A stretch of DNA of 42,197 nt from positions 1 to 42,197 of the IMG/VR virus record IMGVR_UViG_3300042997_001027. One strand, written 5' to 3'. Position numbers and translations under genes: made by a program. This DNA comes from a virus. Lineage: Duplodnaviria; Caudoviricetes. The notes beneath the pieces are model-generated. The model searched no databases. It worked only from the letters and a program-made list of their open reading frames with translations, and had not been told where the DNA came from. Positions 27,619 to 35,338 of the stretch are shown piece by piece; the stretch's first letter is position 1; the number at the start of each line of letters is the position of its first letter.

Positions 27619-28548
27619 TTACGAGGCGATAATCTTGGTGAGGCAAGAAGCGTTACCGACAGTCACACCGTAAAGGATGGACATCGAGAGCTTCTGCTCG
27701 CCAGCGTCACCATCATACCACTCACGAACCTGGATGGAGAGGCCAGACTCCGCATCAGTAGCGGTAGCGACGTTACCATACCAATTGGTCGGGGTAGCAG
27801 GGAGACGAGCCGCGATAAGGATGGCTTCCGGCGAGACAGCAATACCCTTGAGGTTGTTGTCGAGAACCGAGAAGTCGATGCCGTTAACAGTGCCCATCGA
27901 GCCATTAGGCAGCGCCGTATACTGGTTCACCTCAAAGCCGTGGATACGGGGGAGGAGATTTTCAGTCAGAGGAGCGTTAGTGCCCGAAGCATACTGCGCC
28001 TGGATGCTGTTATCCTTGGCGAGGGATGTGTAGAGGGAAGGACGAACGATGAGCGTGCGGCCAGCCATCGGGACGTTGGCATCCGTCAGGGACTGCGAGA
28101 TGTCAGCGACAGCGTCAGCATCGAAAGCAGCGACGGTACCATTGTAACCGGTAGCCGAGAAGTTGCCGTTCGTAGCAAGTAGGAACACGTCATCCATAAC
28201 CGCCTTGACGACAGCGTGAGCTGCCGGGCGGATAAAGGTGCGACGCAGGACGTCGTAGCCACCCTTGGCGACTTCGCCATCAGAGAAGCCCATCACGAAG
28301 CCCTTATGCTTGTCTAGGGTAACAGTCTTGGCGGTAGAGGCGACGTTCGAGCGAACATAGCCAGAAGCACCAATGTTGGTAGCCGCAACGCCAGAGGCGA
28401 TACGGGTGGTGACAGACTCGCCACGCTGGAGGATGTCGCCACCAAAGTCCGTAGTGAACTTGTTGACGAGGGGGAATTGAGCAAGAAGCGTTGTAAGCGA
28501 GTCCTGCGCGATGACTTGGAGGTTAATGCCTCCCAGAGTATTTGCCAT
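27619..28548 (-). CDS. major capsid protein
   Basis: 309 aa; GESVTTRI, VTLDKHK, LTDANVP..GRTLIV.P, GFEVNQY and ILYGV patterns typical of HK97-fold coats; strong terminator after it. Confidence 0.85.
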   Translation of the reverse strand: MANTLGGINLQVIAQDSLTTLLAQFPLVNKFTTDFGGDILQRGESVTTRIASGVAATNIGASGYVRSNVASTAKTVTLDKHKGFVMGFSDGEVAKGGYDVLRRTFIRPAAHAVVKAVMDDVFLLATNGNFSATGYNGTVAAFDADAVADISQSLTDANVPMAGRTLIVRPSLYTSLAKDNSIQAQYASGTNAPLTENLLPRIHGFEVNQYTALPNGSMGTVNGIDFSVLDNNLKGIAVSPEAILIAARLPATPTNWYGNVATATDAESGLSIQVREWYDGDAGEQKLSMSILYGVTVGNASCLTKIIAS

Positions 28549-28599
28549 AGGTTATTTTATATTTGAGGGTTAAAGTGTTCTGCTTGGAAAGTTGTCAAC

Positions 28600-29370
28600 T
28601 TATGCCGTTTCCTTCGGCTTGCGTTCAAGGCCAGCTGCGGTGCGACCAGCAGCGTCATCGCCTGCGCGGTAGACTGTGCCGGTTTCAGCAAACGCATTGT
28701 TGATTGCCTGAATAGTGGTGCGGTTGTAGCCAGCCTTCGACATGTCGGCTTCAAGGCGCTTGGCGAGGGGCGAACCAGCAGGGATACGGATAACGCCGTC
28801 CTTGCCCATCAGACGATAGGCCGCAGCACGGATTTCCTTGTTCGGGATAGCCTTCGGGTTGATGGAGAAGCCGTTCACGTTACCAGCCTTATCCATACGG
28901 ATACCACGGAGAGCGGGAGGAATAGTGACGCTAATCACGCCATCCTTTTGGTTCTTGGTCACGTCCACACGAGTGCGGGCGATGACATAGTTCATCTTGC
29001 CAACTTGGACAGACTGAACACCGCCAGGACCCACGCTAACCGTAGCGTTAGGAGCATTGGTAGTTGTGCCGTCCGGCTTGATGATAGAGACGCCTTCACC
29101 ACCAAAGCGACCATTCTGAACGAGAATAGAGCCGTCTTCGGCCTGGGCAATACCACGGGAAGTAGTGCCAAGAGCGTCAGCGAGCTTTTCGCCCGACACC
29201 TTGATGTCACCGCCGCCAGCGTTCTGCGTGCGACCAATGGCTTCTGTGACGTCGCCACCGCCTGCGACAGCGCGGTTAGCAGCGTTCACTTCAGCGTCAC
29301 GACGGACACCGCCTGTGCCACCGGCATAACCTGTGGCGTATGTGGAAGCTCCTGCTCCGTAAGTAGGCAT
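28600..29370 (-). CDS. hypothetical virion-associated protein
   Basis: Start moved to MPTYGA after an A/C-rich leader; between scaffold and capsid genes. Confidence 0.6.
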   Translation of the reverse strand: MPTYGAGASTYATGYAGGTGGVRRDAEVNAANRAVAGGGDVTEAIGRTQNAGGGDIKVSGEKLADALGTTSRGIAQAEDGSILVQNGRFGGEGVSIIKPDGTTTNAPNATVSVGPGGVQSVQVGKMNYVIARTRVDVTKNQKDGVISVTIPPALRGIRMDKAGNVNGFSINPKAIPNKEIRAAAYRLMGKDGVIRIPAGSPLAKRLEADMSKAGYNRTTIQAINNAFAETGTVYRAGDDAAGRTAAGLERKPKETA

Positions 29371-29395
29371 ATTAGTATTTGGGTTAGTGGTTAGA

Positions 29396-31054
29396 TTAAG
29401 CGCGAGGACGACCCTTGAGGTTCGCGGCGGCGGCGCGGCTAATAGCAGCGGCGTTCGTCTTGAAGAACTTGTTCTGCTCACGCTTGTCGGCGATGGCTTC
29501 AAACTGGGCGAGGAACTCGGAGTCGGTCTTCGGGGCTTCGCTCTGCATCTCGGCGTTAACCGGTTCAGAAGCGGAAGCGGCGACAATCTTAGCGGCCTTG
29601 GCCTCTAGGGTGTTGTCCGCTGCTTCAGCCTTGGCGAGCTTGCTCATCATGGCTTCAAACTTGGCTTGGAGCTGGGCGATAGCGGTGAGCGCTTCGTCCT
29701 TGGCCTTCGTTTCAAAGGCGAGGGTTTCGCCCTGCTTGGCGAGTTGGGCTTCGACGACTTGCTTGGCCTTGGCGACCGTAGCGAGGCGTTCCACAGCGAC
29801 GTCCACAACGGAGTCGAGGGAGGCAGAGGCGAGCGGAGCAAGGTCACCAACCAGAGTGGTGTTACCCTTGGTCGGAGCGCAGCCGTCTTCGTGAACCTTG
29901 GTGTCATCGGCACAGTTGTCCTTTGCCTTCTTGCCCTTCTTGGCGTCCTTCTTTTCTAGGGTAGACTCTTCGTCGTCCTGGTCAGGCTGACCAACAACAT
30001 CCTGCTTGTTCATACCGGGGAGGGAGTTTGCGGCCTTCTTGGACTTGGCAGTCTTTTCTTCGTCCACAATCTGCTGAAGGTATTCCATCAGGGCAGGCGG
30101 GATTTCGTCAGAGTCTTCAGAGCTGTGCTTGGCGGCGATGGCTTCGAGAGCGAGCTCGGAGGCCTTCTTTGCGCCCTTGCCCGGCTTCGATAGGGTTGTC
30201 TCGTGTTCATGTTCTTCGCCTTCGTTCTTCTGAACGTCAGGGGACTCCATGATTTCTTCCACGTCGGTTTCGCCCTTCTTGGAGGCCTTGGAAGCAAGCT
30301 TCTTGTTAAGCGTAGGAGAGGTCGTGTTGTCCTCGTTCACGTTGTTCTTGTTCGGGTCAAGACCCGGCTGAGGGATGATGTCGCCGAAATCCTTCTTCTC
30401 TTCCTTGAGAGGAGACTTGAGGTTCGAGTCGGCCTTCTTCGCCTTGGCTTTGCAAGCCTGGCGGTATTCCTTGAGCATTTCGAGCTCGTCTTCGGTCAGA
30501 CCTTCGGACTCTTCGTCGCAATAGGTGGCCTTGGCAGCCTTGGCCTTACCCTTCTTCGGGGCGCAGTCTTCAGCTTCTTCTTCGCCTTCTTCACGCTCTT
30601 CAATCTTGTCCTTAATAAAGTCAGGCATTTCAGCCTTCTTGCCCTTCTTGCCGGCATCACGATGCTGCTTTTCAGCAGGGGTGTTGCCTTCTTCGCCGTC
30701 TTCAACGCGCTGCTTCACGTATTCGTTGAGGTCGGCCTTCGAGGCGGCTTCCTTACCCACCTTAGTGGCATAGGCAATCGCAGCGTCGGTCTTGGCAGAA
30801 AGTTCTTTCATCGCCTTGGCGGTCAGTTCGCGCTCGGCGAGCAGTTCGCCCAGCTTGGCGATAACCAAGGGGTCAACAGCGACCGGCTCGGAAGCCTTCG
30901 GGGAAGATAGGCTCGACTCGATTTCGGCGAGGCGCTTGGAGATGGTATCCTTCTCCAGGGCAAGGGCCGAAACCTGTTCGGAGAGGGCGAGGGTCTGCTT
31001 GGAGGCTTCAATGGCCTCCTTGAGCTGCTGTTCAACGGACTTGGTATTGCTCAT
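29396..31054 (-). CDS. putative capsid scaffolding protein, unusually long
   Basis: After the protease; coiled-coil termini, highly charged middle. Confidence 0.65.
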   Translation of the reverse strand: MSNTKSVEQQLKEAIEASKQTLALSEQVSALALEKDTISKRLAEIESSLSSPKASEPVAVDPLVIAKLGELLAERELTAKAMKELSAKTDAAIAYATKVGKEAASKADLNEYVKQRVEDGEEGNTPAEKQHRDAGKKGKKAEMPDFIKDKIEEREEGEEEAEDCAPKKGKAKAAKATYCDEESEGLTEDELEMLKEYRQACKAKAKKADSNLKSPLKEEKKDFGDIIPQPGLDPNKNNVNEDNTTSPTLNKKLASKASKKGETDVEEIMESPDVQKNEGEEHEHETTLSKPGKGAKKASELALEAIAAKHSSEDSDEIPPALMEYLQQIVDEEKTAKSKKAANSLPGMNKQDVVGQPDQDDEESTLEKKDAKKGKKAKDNCADDTKVHEDGCAPTKGNTTLVGDLAPLASASLDSVVDVAVERLATVAKAKQVVEAQLAKQGETLAFETKAKDEALTAIAQLQAKFEAMMSKLAKAEAADNTLEAKAAKIVAASASEPVNAEMQSEAPKTDSEFLAQFEAIADKREQNKFFKTNAAAISRAAAANLKGRPRA

Positions 31055-31084
31055 AATGAGTGTGATGTTAGTGTTTATGAAATG

Positions 31085-32086
31085 TCAACCAATGTAGCTC
31101 CCGCCCTCGAACGACATAGGCATCGCAGGCTGGGAATACATCTGGGGTAAAGTGGTTCGCTGGGCGTGGCGTCGAGTGGACTTAATGTCCTCAACAAGGG
31201 CTTCAAAGGAGTCTACGACCCCGGTGGTCAGACCACGCTGTGCCGCCTTGTCTCCGTAGAACGACTGCCCTTGTAGGTCTGCTAGTTGGGCGTAGAGGCG
31301 AACAGCCTGGACGTCCCGGATGAACCGAGCGTGCAGCTCGTCAACTTCGTCTTGAAGGGAATTAATTTGGTCAGGGGAGAGCGAGGTGCCCTCCACGCCG
31401 GCCGCCTTATACTTGCCGGATTTGATAACCACGACCTCCTTGCCCTCCTTCTCGAACTTCTTACGCTCGTCGGTCATCGTGATGTAGACGCCGCAAGCAC
31501 CTATGGAGGCGCTAGAGGTCGCTACAAAGCGTTTGCACTGCGAGGCTATCCAGAAGGCAGCCGAACCGCAATCAGAGTCTGTAAAGGAAATGGTTGGCTT
31601 ATCGAAGCCGCGGATTTGCTTGGCTAGCTCTTCAAGACCGGTCGTAGAACCGCCACCCGAGTCTACCCGTAGGACCACCTCAAACACCGTGTCGTCTTTA
31701 TCCCAGGCCTTGAGGGTGTCCGAGATGACGTCGATGTCTGCGCAACCAAGCATGGCCTCTAGAGGGCTAAGGCACTTGCCGATGACCCCCTTCACCGGAA
31801 TAATCCCGATGCCGTCACGGATGTATGGGCGGGATGCCGTAGCAATTCCCGAAGCCATAGCTTGTAGGTCCATATCCTCATCGTCCGCTTGAGGGACGAA
31901 ACGCTTCGCCTTCGGACCGACCTCTTGCTTCTCTGCCTTGGGCATCATGTATGCCGAGAGCTGGTAAGCAATTTCCGGGTTGGACAGAATAGTGTCCGCG
32001 CCCTTCAGAAACGCCTGAACCTTGAGTGGGTCAATAAGGAGGGGTCGTCCAGCCTTCAGGGCGTAAGTTAGGTCGCTTCTAATCAT
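31085..32086 (-). CDS. S49-family (SppA / lambda gpC-like) head maturation protease
   Basis: VDSGGG, CGSAAFWIAS, IGACGV, IKSGKYK motifs. Confidence 0.9.
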   Translation of the reverse strand: MIRSDLTYALKAGRPLLIDPLKVQAFLKGADTILSNPEIAYQLSAYMMPKAEKQEVGPKAKRFVPQADDEDMDLQAMASGIATASRPYIRDGIGIIPVKGVIGKCLSPLEAMLGCADIDVISDTLKAWDKDDTVFEVVLRVDSGGGSTTGLEELAKQIRGFDKPTISFTDSDCGSAAFWIASQCKRFVATSSASIGACGVYITMTDERKKFEKEGKEVVVIKSGKYKAAGVEGTSLSPDQINSLQDEVDELHARFIRDVQAVRLYAQLADLQGQSFYGDKAAQRGLTTGVVDSFEALVEDIKSTRRHAQRTTLPQMYSQPAMPMSFEGGSYIG

Positions 32087-33813
32087 CGAGAGAATGGCTG
32101 TTCCCGATTACGGGAAAGGCCGGGATTTTGTTTTGGCAGGGTGTCAACAGAGGTTTCCATCTGCGACGCCGGCTCGGCGGCGGGAGTTCTCTGCGGAGGG
32201 GAGAGCTGTGGTTCGCTGTTCGTGAGCGCGTCGCCAGGCATTTGGTCCGCAGGCTGACCCATGATTTGGTCAATAGGAACAATCTGCGGCTGACCATCTG
32301 GACCTGGCATAACCACACCCAACGCTCCTTCAGGGATGGTGTTCGGAGCAGGCGCAGCACCACCCGCACCGCCCGCGCCGCCAGAAGGCGACTTGCGCCA
32401 AAGCTTGTCCTCGGGGACACCGGTTTCCTTCGACACTCTCTGAATGTAGGCAAAGTCTCTTGCCGACTTGCGGATGGTTTTCTCGAAACCATAGCCACGC
32501 GCCCCAAAGTCATCAGACGGCGGGATGCGTCCCATGTCCAGGTCAGCTCGTTCATTCGCACCTTCCCGGCCGGCATCCACAGTCACCGACTTGCAACACA
32601 CCCATTCTGTCTTCCACCAATTACGTGCATTAGGTATATTCTTGCGGTCAATCATAAGCCCGCACCAAAATTGGAAGTAGTCCTGGAGGAAACGATTGAT
32701 GAGCACCGTCTGGCGATGCGAGAAGAAGCGTCCTGCCTTCGCAACTACGAGGCGAACGGCACTTCCGCCTGCCCGAGTCGGGTCGGCCACGAACTCGTAA
32801 GGTAGGCCGCCCATAATGGAGTCGCGGCGCAAATGGTCGATGAAGCCGGCGAAAGCTGCTGAAGGACGTGCTGAAGCGTAAGAGACAAGGGACTCATTGT
32901 TTTGGAGAACAGCGGTCACACCACCAAGGATGCGGTTAAGTGAGTCTGGGTCGGTATTAGCGGTAGCGGAATTGCCCTCGCCCAAGGGCTGACCAAGGCC
33001 CAAGTCCCCAGAGTCCATCCGGGTGTCCTCGACCTTTAGGATGCGGCTTGTGCGGGAGTTGTCCTTAACTGCGACCTTCTCCATAGCCAGGAGGTCCATC
33101 TCGTCGCGCATGTGGTTGATAGCATGCTGATGAGGAGGGAACGCTCGGCTCTGCGAGGCGTATTCAACATCGTAGATGTGCATCATCGATGCCGCCTTAA
33201 TAGGTTCGTATTTGCCGTCCCCTTGCTTGACGTAGTAGAAGGTTGGTCTGCCCAGCTTGTCGAAACGGATGCCGTCAAAGATGTCCGGCAGGGACATGCC
33301 ATCTGGCGGTGTCTCCACTCGGTGAGCTTCAATGATTTGGAACTTAGGCTGCCCCTTCTTATCCTTGCACTTGATGACAAAGATTTCGCCGTCTCGGTCC
33401 AGGGCCTCACAGATAATGAACAAGCTCTCCACCATCGAGAAGCGGCCAGACACCTCCGGGCGGATGCACTCCTGCTCCCACTCGGCTTCCACCAAGTTTT
33501 GCCAATCGTAATCGCCACCCAAGCACTGAAGACCGATGCCCTCCCCAATAGAGTAGATGGCCGTGTCCTTAATCATCTGTTTGTATAGGCCGTTGTTCTT
33601 TTCTAGCCAGCGGGAAAGGCGAACCATCTCACGACGAGTAGCCCCCGTCATCTCCATCCGGAAGTCCGTCGGCTGCGGCGCGTCAATGCGCGTGCGGTGG
33701 ACGGAGTAGCGGGTAGACTCAAACGCCCCCTGATAAGCCTTTGGCTTCAGGAGGTTAGACAGAGACATGCGGACCCGGTCAACGAGTCCTGGCTTCTTCG
33801 GTTCGGGAGGCAT
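32083..33813 (-). CDS. portal protein, lambda family
   Basis: SRWLEKNN, DRDGEIF, QIIEAHRV, DGIRFDKLGRP..Y motifs. Confidence 0.9.
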   Translation of the reverse strand: MPPEPKKPGLVDRVRMSLSNLLKPKAYQGAFESTRYSVHRTRIDAPQPTDFRMEMTGATRREMVRLSRWLEKNNGLYKQMIKDTAIYSIGEGIGLQCLGGDYDWQNLVEAEWEQECIRPEVSGRFSMVESLFIICEALDRDGEIFVIKCKDKKGQPKFQIIEAHRVETPPDGMSLPDIFDGIRFDKLGRPTFYYVKQGDGKYEPIKAASMMHIYDVEYASQSRAFPPHQHAINHMRDEMDLLAMEKVAVKDNSRTSRILKVEDTRMDSGDLGLGQPLGEGNSATANTDPDSLNRILGGVTAVLQNNESLVSYASARPSAAFAGFIDHLRRDSIMGGLPYEFVADPTRAGGSAVRLVVAKAGRFFSHRQTVLINRFLQDYFQFWCGLMIDRKNIPNARNWWKTEWVCCKSVTVDAGREGANERADLDMGRIPPSDDFGARGYGFEKTIRKSARDFAYIQRVSKETGVPEDKLWRKSPSGGAGGAGGAAPAPNTIPEGALGVVMPGPDGQPQIVPIDQIMGQPADQMPGDALTNSEPQLSPPQRTPAAEPASQMETSVDTLPKQNPGLSRNREQPFSR

Positions 33814-34058
33814 CAGCGGTCAACCAAGCGGTTGTAATTCGTGTAGAGGCCCCTGACTCTGCCATCGAGCTTCTGGAGAGCGTAGTTAGCCTCCTGGAGC
33901 ATCTGTTGCGGTGGTAGGGCAAAGGACTTGCTGGCGTTCGTGGCCCCATCTCCGTAACTCATGATGGTCTTGCCCTCCAGTATAAGCTGGACGGCCTTGT
34001 CACGGATTGCCTCGACTGTTTCACGAGGAAGTCCGACAAATAGTCCGTTGGCTGGCAT
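33813..34058 (-). CDS. gpW-like head completion protein
   Basis: 81 aa between terL and portal, TGATG-coupled to the portal. Confidence 0.6.
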   Translation of the reverse strand: MPANGLFVGLPRETVEAIRDKAVQLILEGKTIMSYGDGATNASKSFALPPQQMLQEANYALQKLDGRVRGLYTNYNRLVDR

Positions 34059-34080
34059 CGTGCTTTTGGCACGCTGTCAA
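34059..34080 (-). promoter_or_regulatory. late-gene motif (type example)
   Basis: TTGACA-gcgt-GCCA-aaagcacg-ATG; related copies precede about ten late genes. Confidence 0.65.
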
Positions 34081-34111
34081 CGGGCTATCGGTAATTCGTT
34101 CACAAAGGGAA

Positions 34112-34215
34112 TGGTTCGCTGTATGACCCCTTTAACCCCATTGTAGGACGACCCGTGGGTCTTCCGCACATTGATGCCGCCTCTCTCGATGCGCGGTCTT
34201 TCATCAGCCGAACCA
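34112..34215 (-). ncRNA. structured RNA unit M
   Basis: TGGTTCG(G)CTGATGA pairs with TCAT(A)CAGCGAACCA; inner CCGCGCAT/ATGTGCGG and GACC/GGTC stems. Confidence 0.55.
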
Positions 34216-34223
34216 AAAGTAAA

Positions 34224-34446
34224 GGAGCTCCAGGACTTTTGTAGGCGGGAACCTTTCGGTCTATACCCCGACCACGCTGTCTGTCCTGGCATCTTGGCTT
34301 GCTTGTTTCCAAAGAGGTTGCCCTCCGGTGTGGAACCGACGCCCCGCATCTCCCCAGGTTTGGACCCCAGTAATTGCTTGAGCGACGTGTTAGTAGCAAG
34401 TCGCAGCACCACCCTGCTTTCGCAGGACCGCCGGTTTCCCGACGGC
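34224..34446 (-). ncRNA. structured RNA unit L
   Basis: Five GNRA-capped stems, CCAGGAC/GTCCTGG helix, possible pseudoknot. Confidence 0.6.
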
Positions 34447-34508
34447 AAAGTTTTAAAGAACGAAGATGTTGTCTTCTAGTGTTAGGTATTTGTCAACACT
34501 TTTTTTAG

Positions 34509-34623
34509 AGTCGCCGAGGAGGAGTTGAACCTCCGTCCCCGAGTCTTTTCAGGAGACCTGGGTCTTGCGAACCAAGCCACCGCCAATCAAGGCGGCTTCC
34601 AAGGACAGCACCACGCTACGGCT
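34509..34623 (-). ncRNA. T-arm-containing RNA unit K
   Basis: GGAGG-TTCAACT-CCTCC; GTCCTTG/CGGGGAC helix enclosing three hairpins. Confidence 0.6.
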
Positions 34624-34633
34624 GTAAAGGGGT

Positions 34634-34795
34634 TGGGGATGAAGGGATTTGAACCCTTACTGCTGTCGGTTGCACTCCGACTGCGTAGCCAAACGACCTT
34701 CTTGGGAGCAACCCCAAGGATTATCGTCTCTGCGTTGCCAGATTAGACAATTGCTTGTCCCACTTTGATTGGCTTCAAAATGACGCTACATCCCC
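34634..34795 (-). ncRNA. enlarged tRNA-like RNA unit J (162 nt)
   Basis: GGGGATG/CATCCCC acceptor, GCGT/ACGC D-stem, AAGGG-TTCAAAT-CCCTT T-arm. Confidence 0.75.
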
Positions 34796-34806
34796 GTAAA
34801 GTATTC

Positions 34807-35071
34807 GGCAACCGACAGCACTCCCTTGTCTCCCCCGCGGCTTATTGCGGTTTCTATCCAGGAGCTCCGTGTCAGAGTTGTGGACCTTTCGGCTACCCAC
34901 GCCTGTTGCCCGCCAACTTCCAGACGTCCCACGAAAAAGGTGGGCAATCCCTGGTGCAAGAATACTCCCTGTGTAGACAGGGCTTGTCTGGTTCGCTTGC
35001 GGCACTTTTCAGATGCCGACGGTTGATAGGCCGTCCCTCCTTGCGGAGCTGTGCGAGCAGTTTGCGTGGCG
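34807..35071 (-). ncRNA. large structured RNA unit I
   Basis: Two abutting domains closed by CGCCA/TGGCG and GGCAAC/GTTGCC, with many internal stems. Confidence 0.6.
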
Positions 35072-35097
35072 TTGAAATGTCAAGAGAACGGAAAAGT

Positions 35098-35231
35098 TGG
35101 TGGATACGGCGGGGGTCGAACCCGCAACTTTCACTTGGCTTTCCTTCGTGGGGACTGCCAATAGCCCACTCTTTTCGTGTCACGATAACACTACTTCCGA
35201 GTGGATAACTCGACCGATGAGTATCGTATCC
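35098..35231 (-). ncRNA. enlarged tRNA-like RNA unit H (134 nt, encoded CCA)
   Basis: GGATACG/CGTATCC+ACCA, ACTC/GAGT D-stem, GCGGG-TTCGACC-CCCGC T-arm. Confidence 0.75.
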
Positions 35232-35239
35232 ATAAGTTC

Positions 35240-35331
35240 ATCAAGTTTGCTTACGGGCCTGATAGTCTCTCCCCCTTTCGGGGGTTGTAGGCGCGCACAT
35301 GCGCCTCGTTGTTCGAGCTTTCGCTCTACAA
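35240..35331 (-). ncRNA. structured RNA unit G
   Basis: TTGTAG/CTACAA, GAGC-GAAA-GCTC, CCCCC-GAAA-GGGGG, ATCAGG/CTTGAT. Confidence 0.5.
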
Positions 35332-35338
35332 AATCAGA

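Noticed and set aside
32079-32576. 165 aa alternative-frame ORF in the portal 3' end
   Set aside because: Fully overlaps the portal; R/S-rich composition typical of an off-frame read
34067-34072. Sigma54 -24 box TGGCAC
   Set aside because: Wrong strand for the adjacent gene and no TTGC -12 box; it is the complement of the late motif
34201-34207. Hammerhead ribozyme core CTGATGA
   Set aside because: No correctly placed GAAA after a stem II, and the motif pairs with TCATACAG in the closing helix of unit M
35098-35231. tmRNA call for unit H from its GGTTCGA...CCACCA end
   Set aside because: The pairing 5' strand is only 134 nt away, there is no G3-U70 pair, a D-stem is present and there is no tag ORF
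35240-35338. HDV-like (theta) ribozyme downstream of the tRNA
   Set aside because: I could not build the nested double pseudoknot by eye; a motif search is needed to exclude it formally
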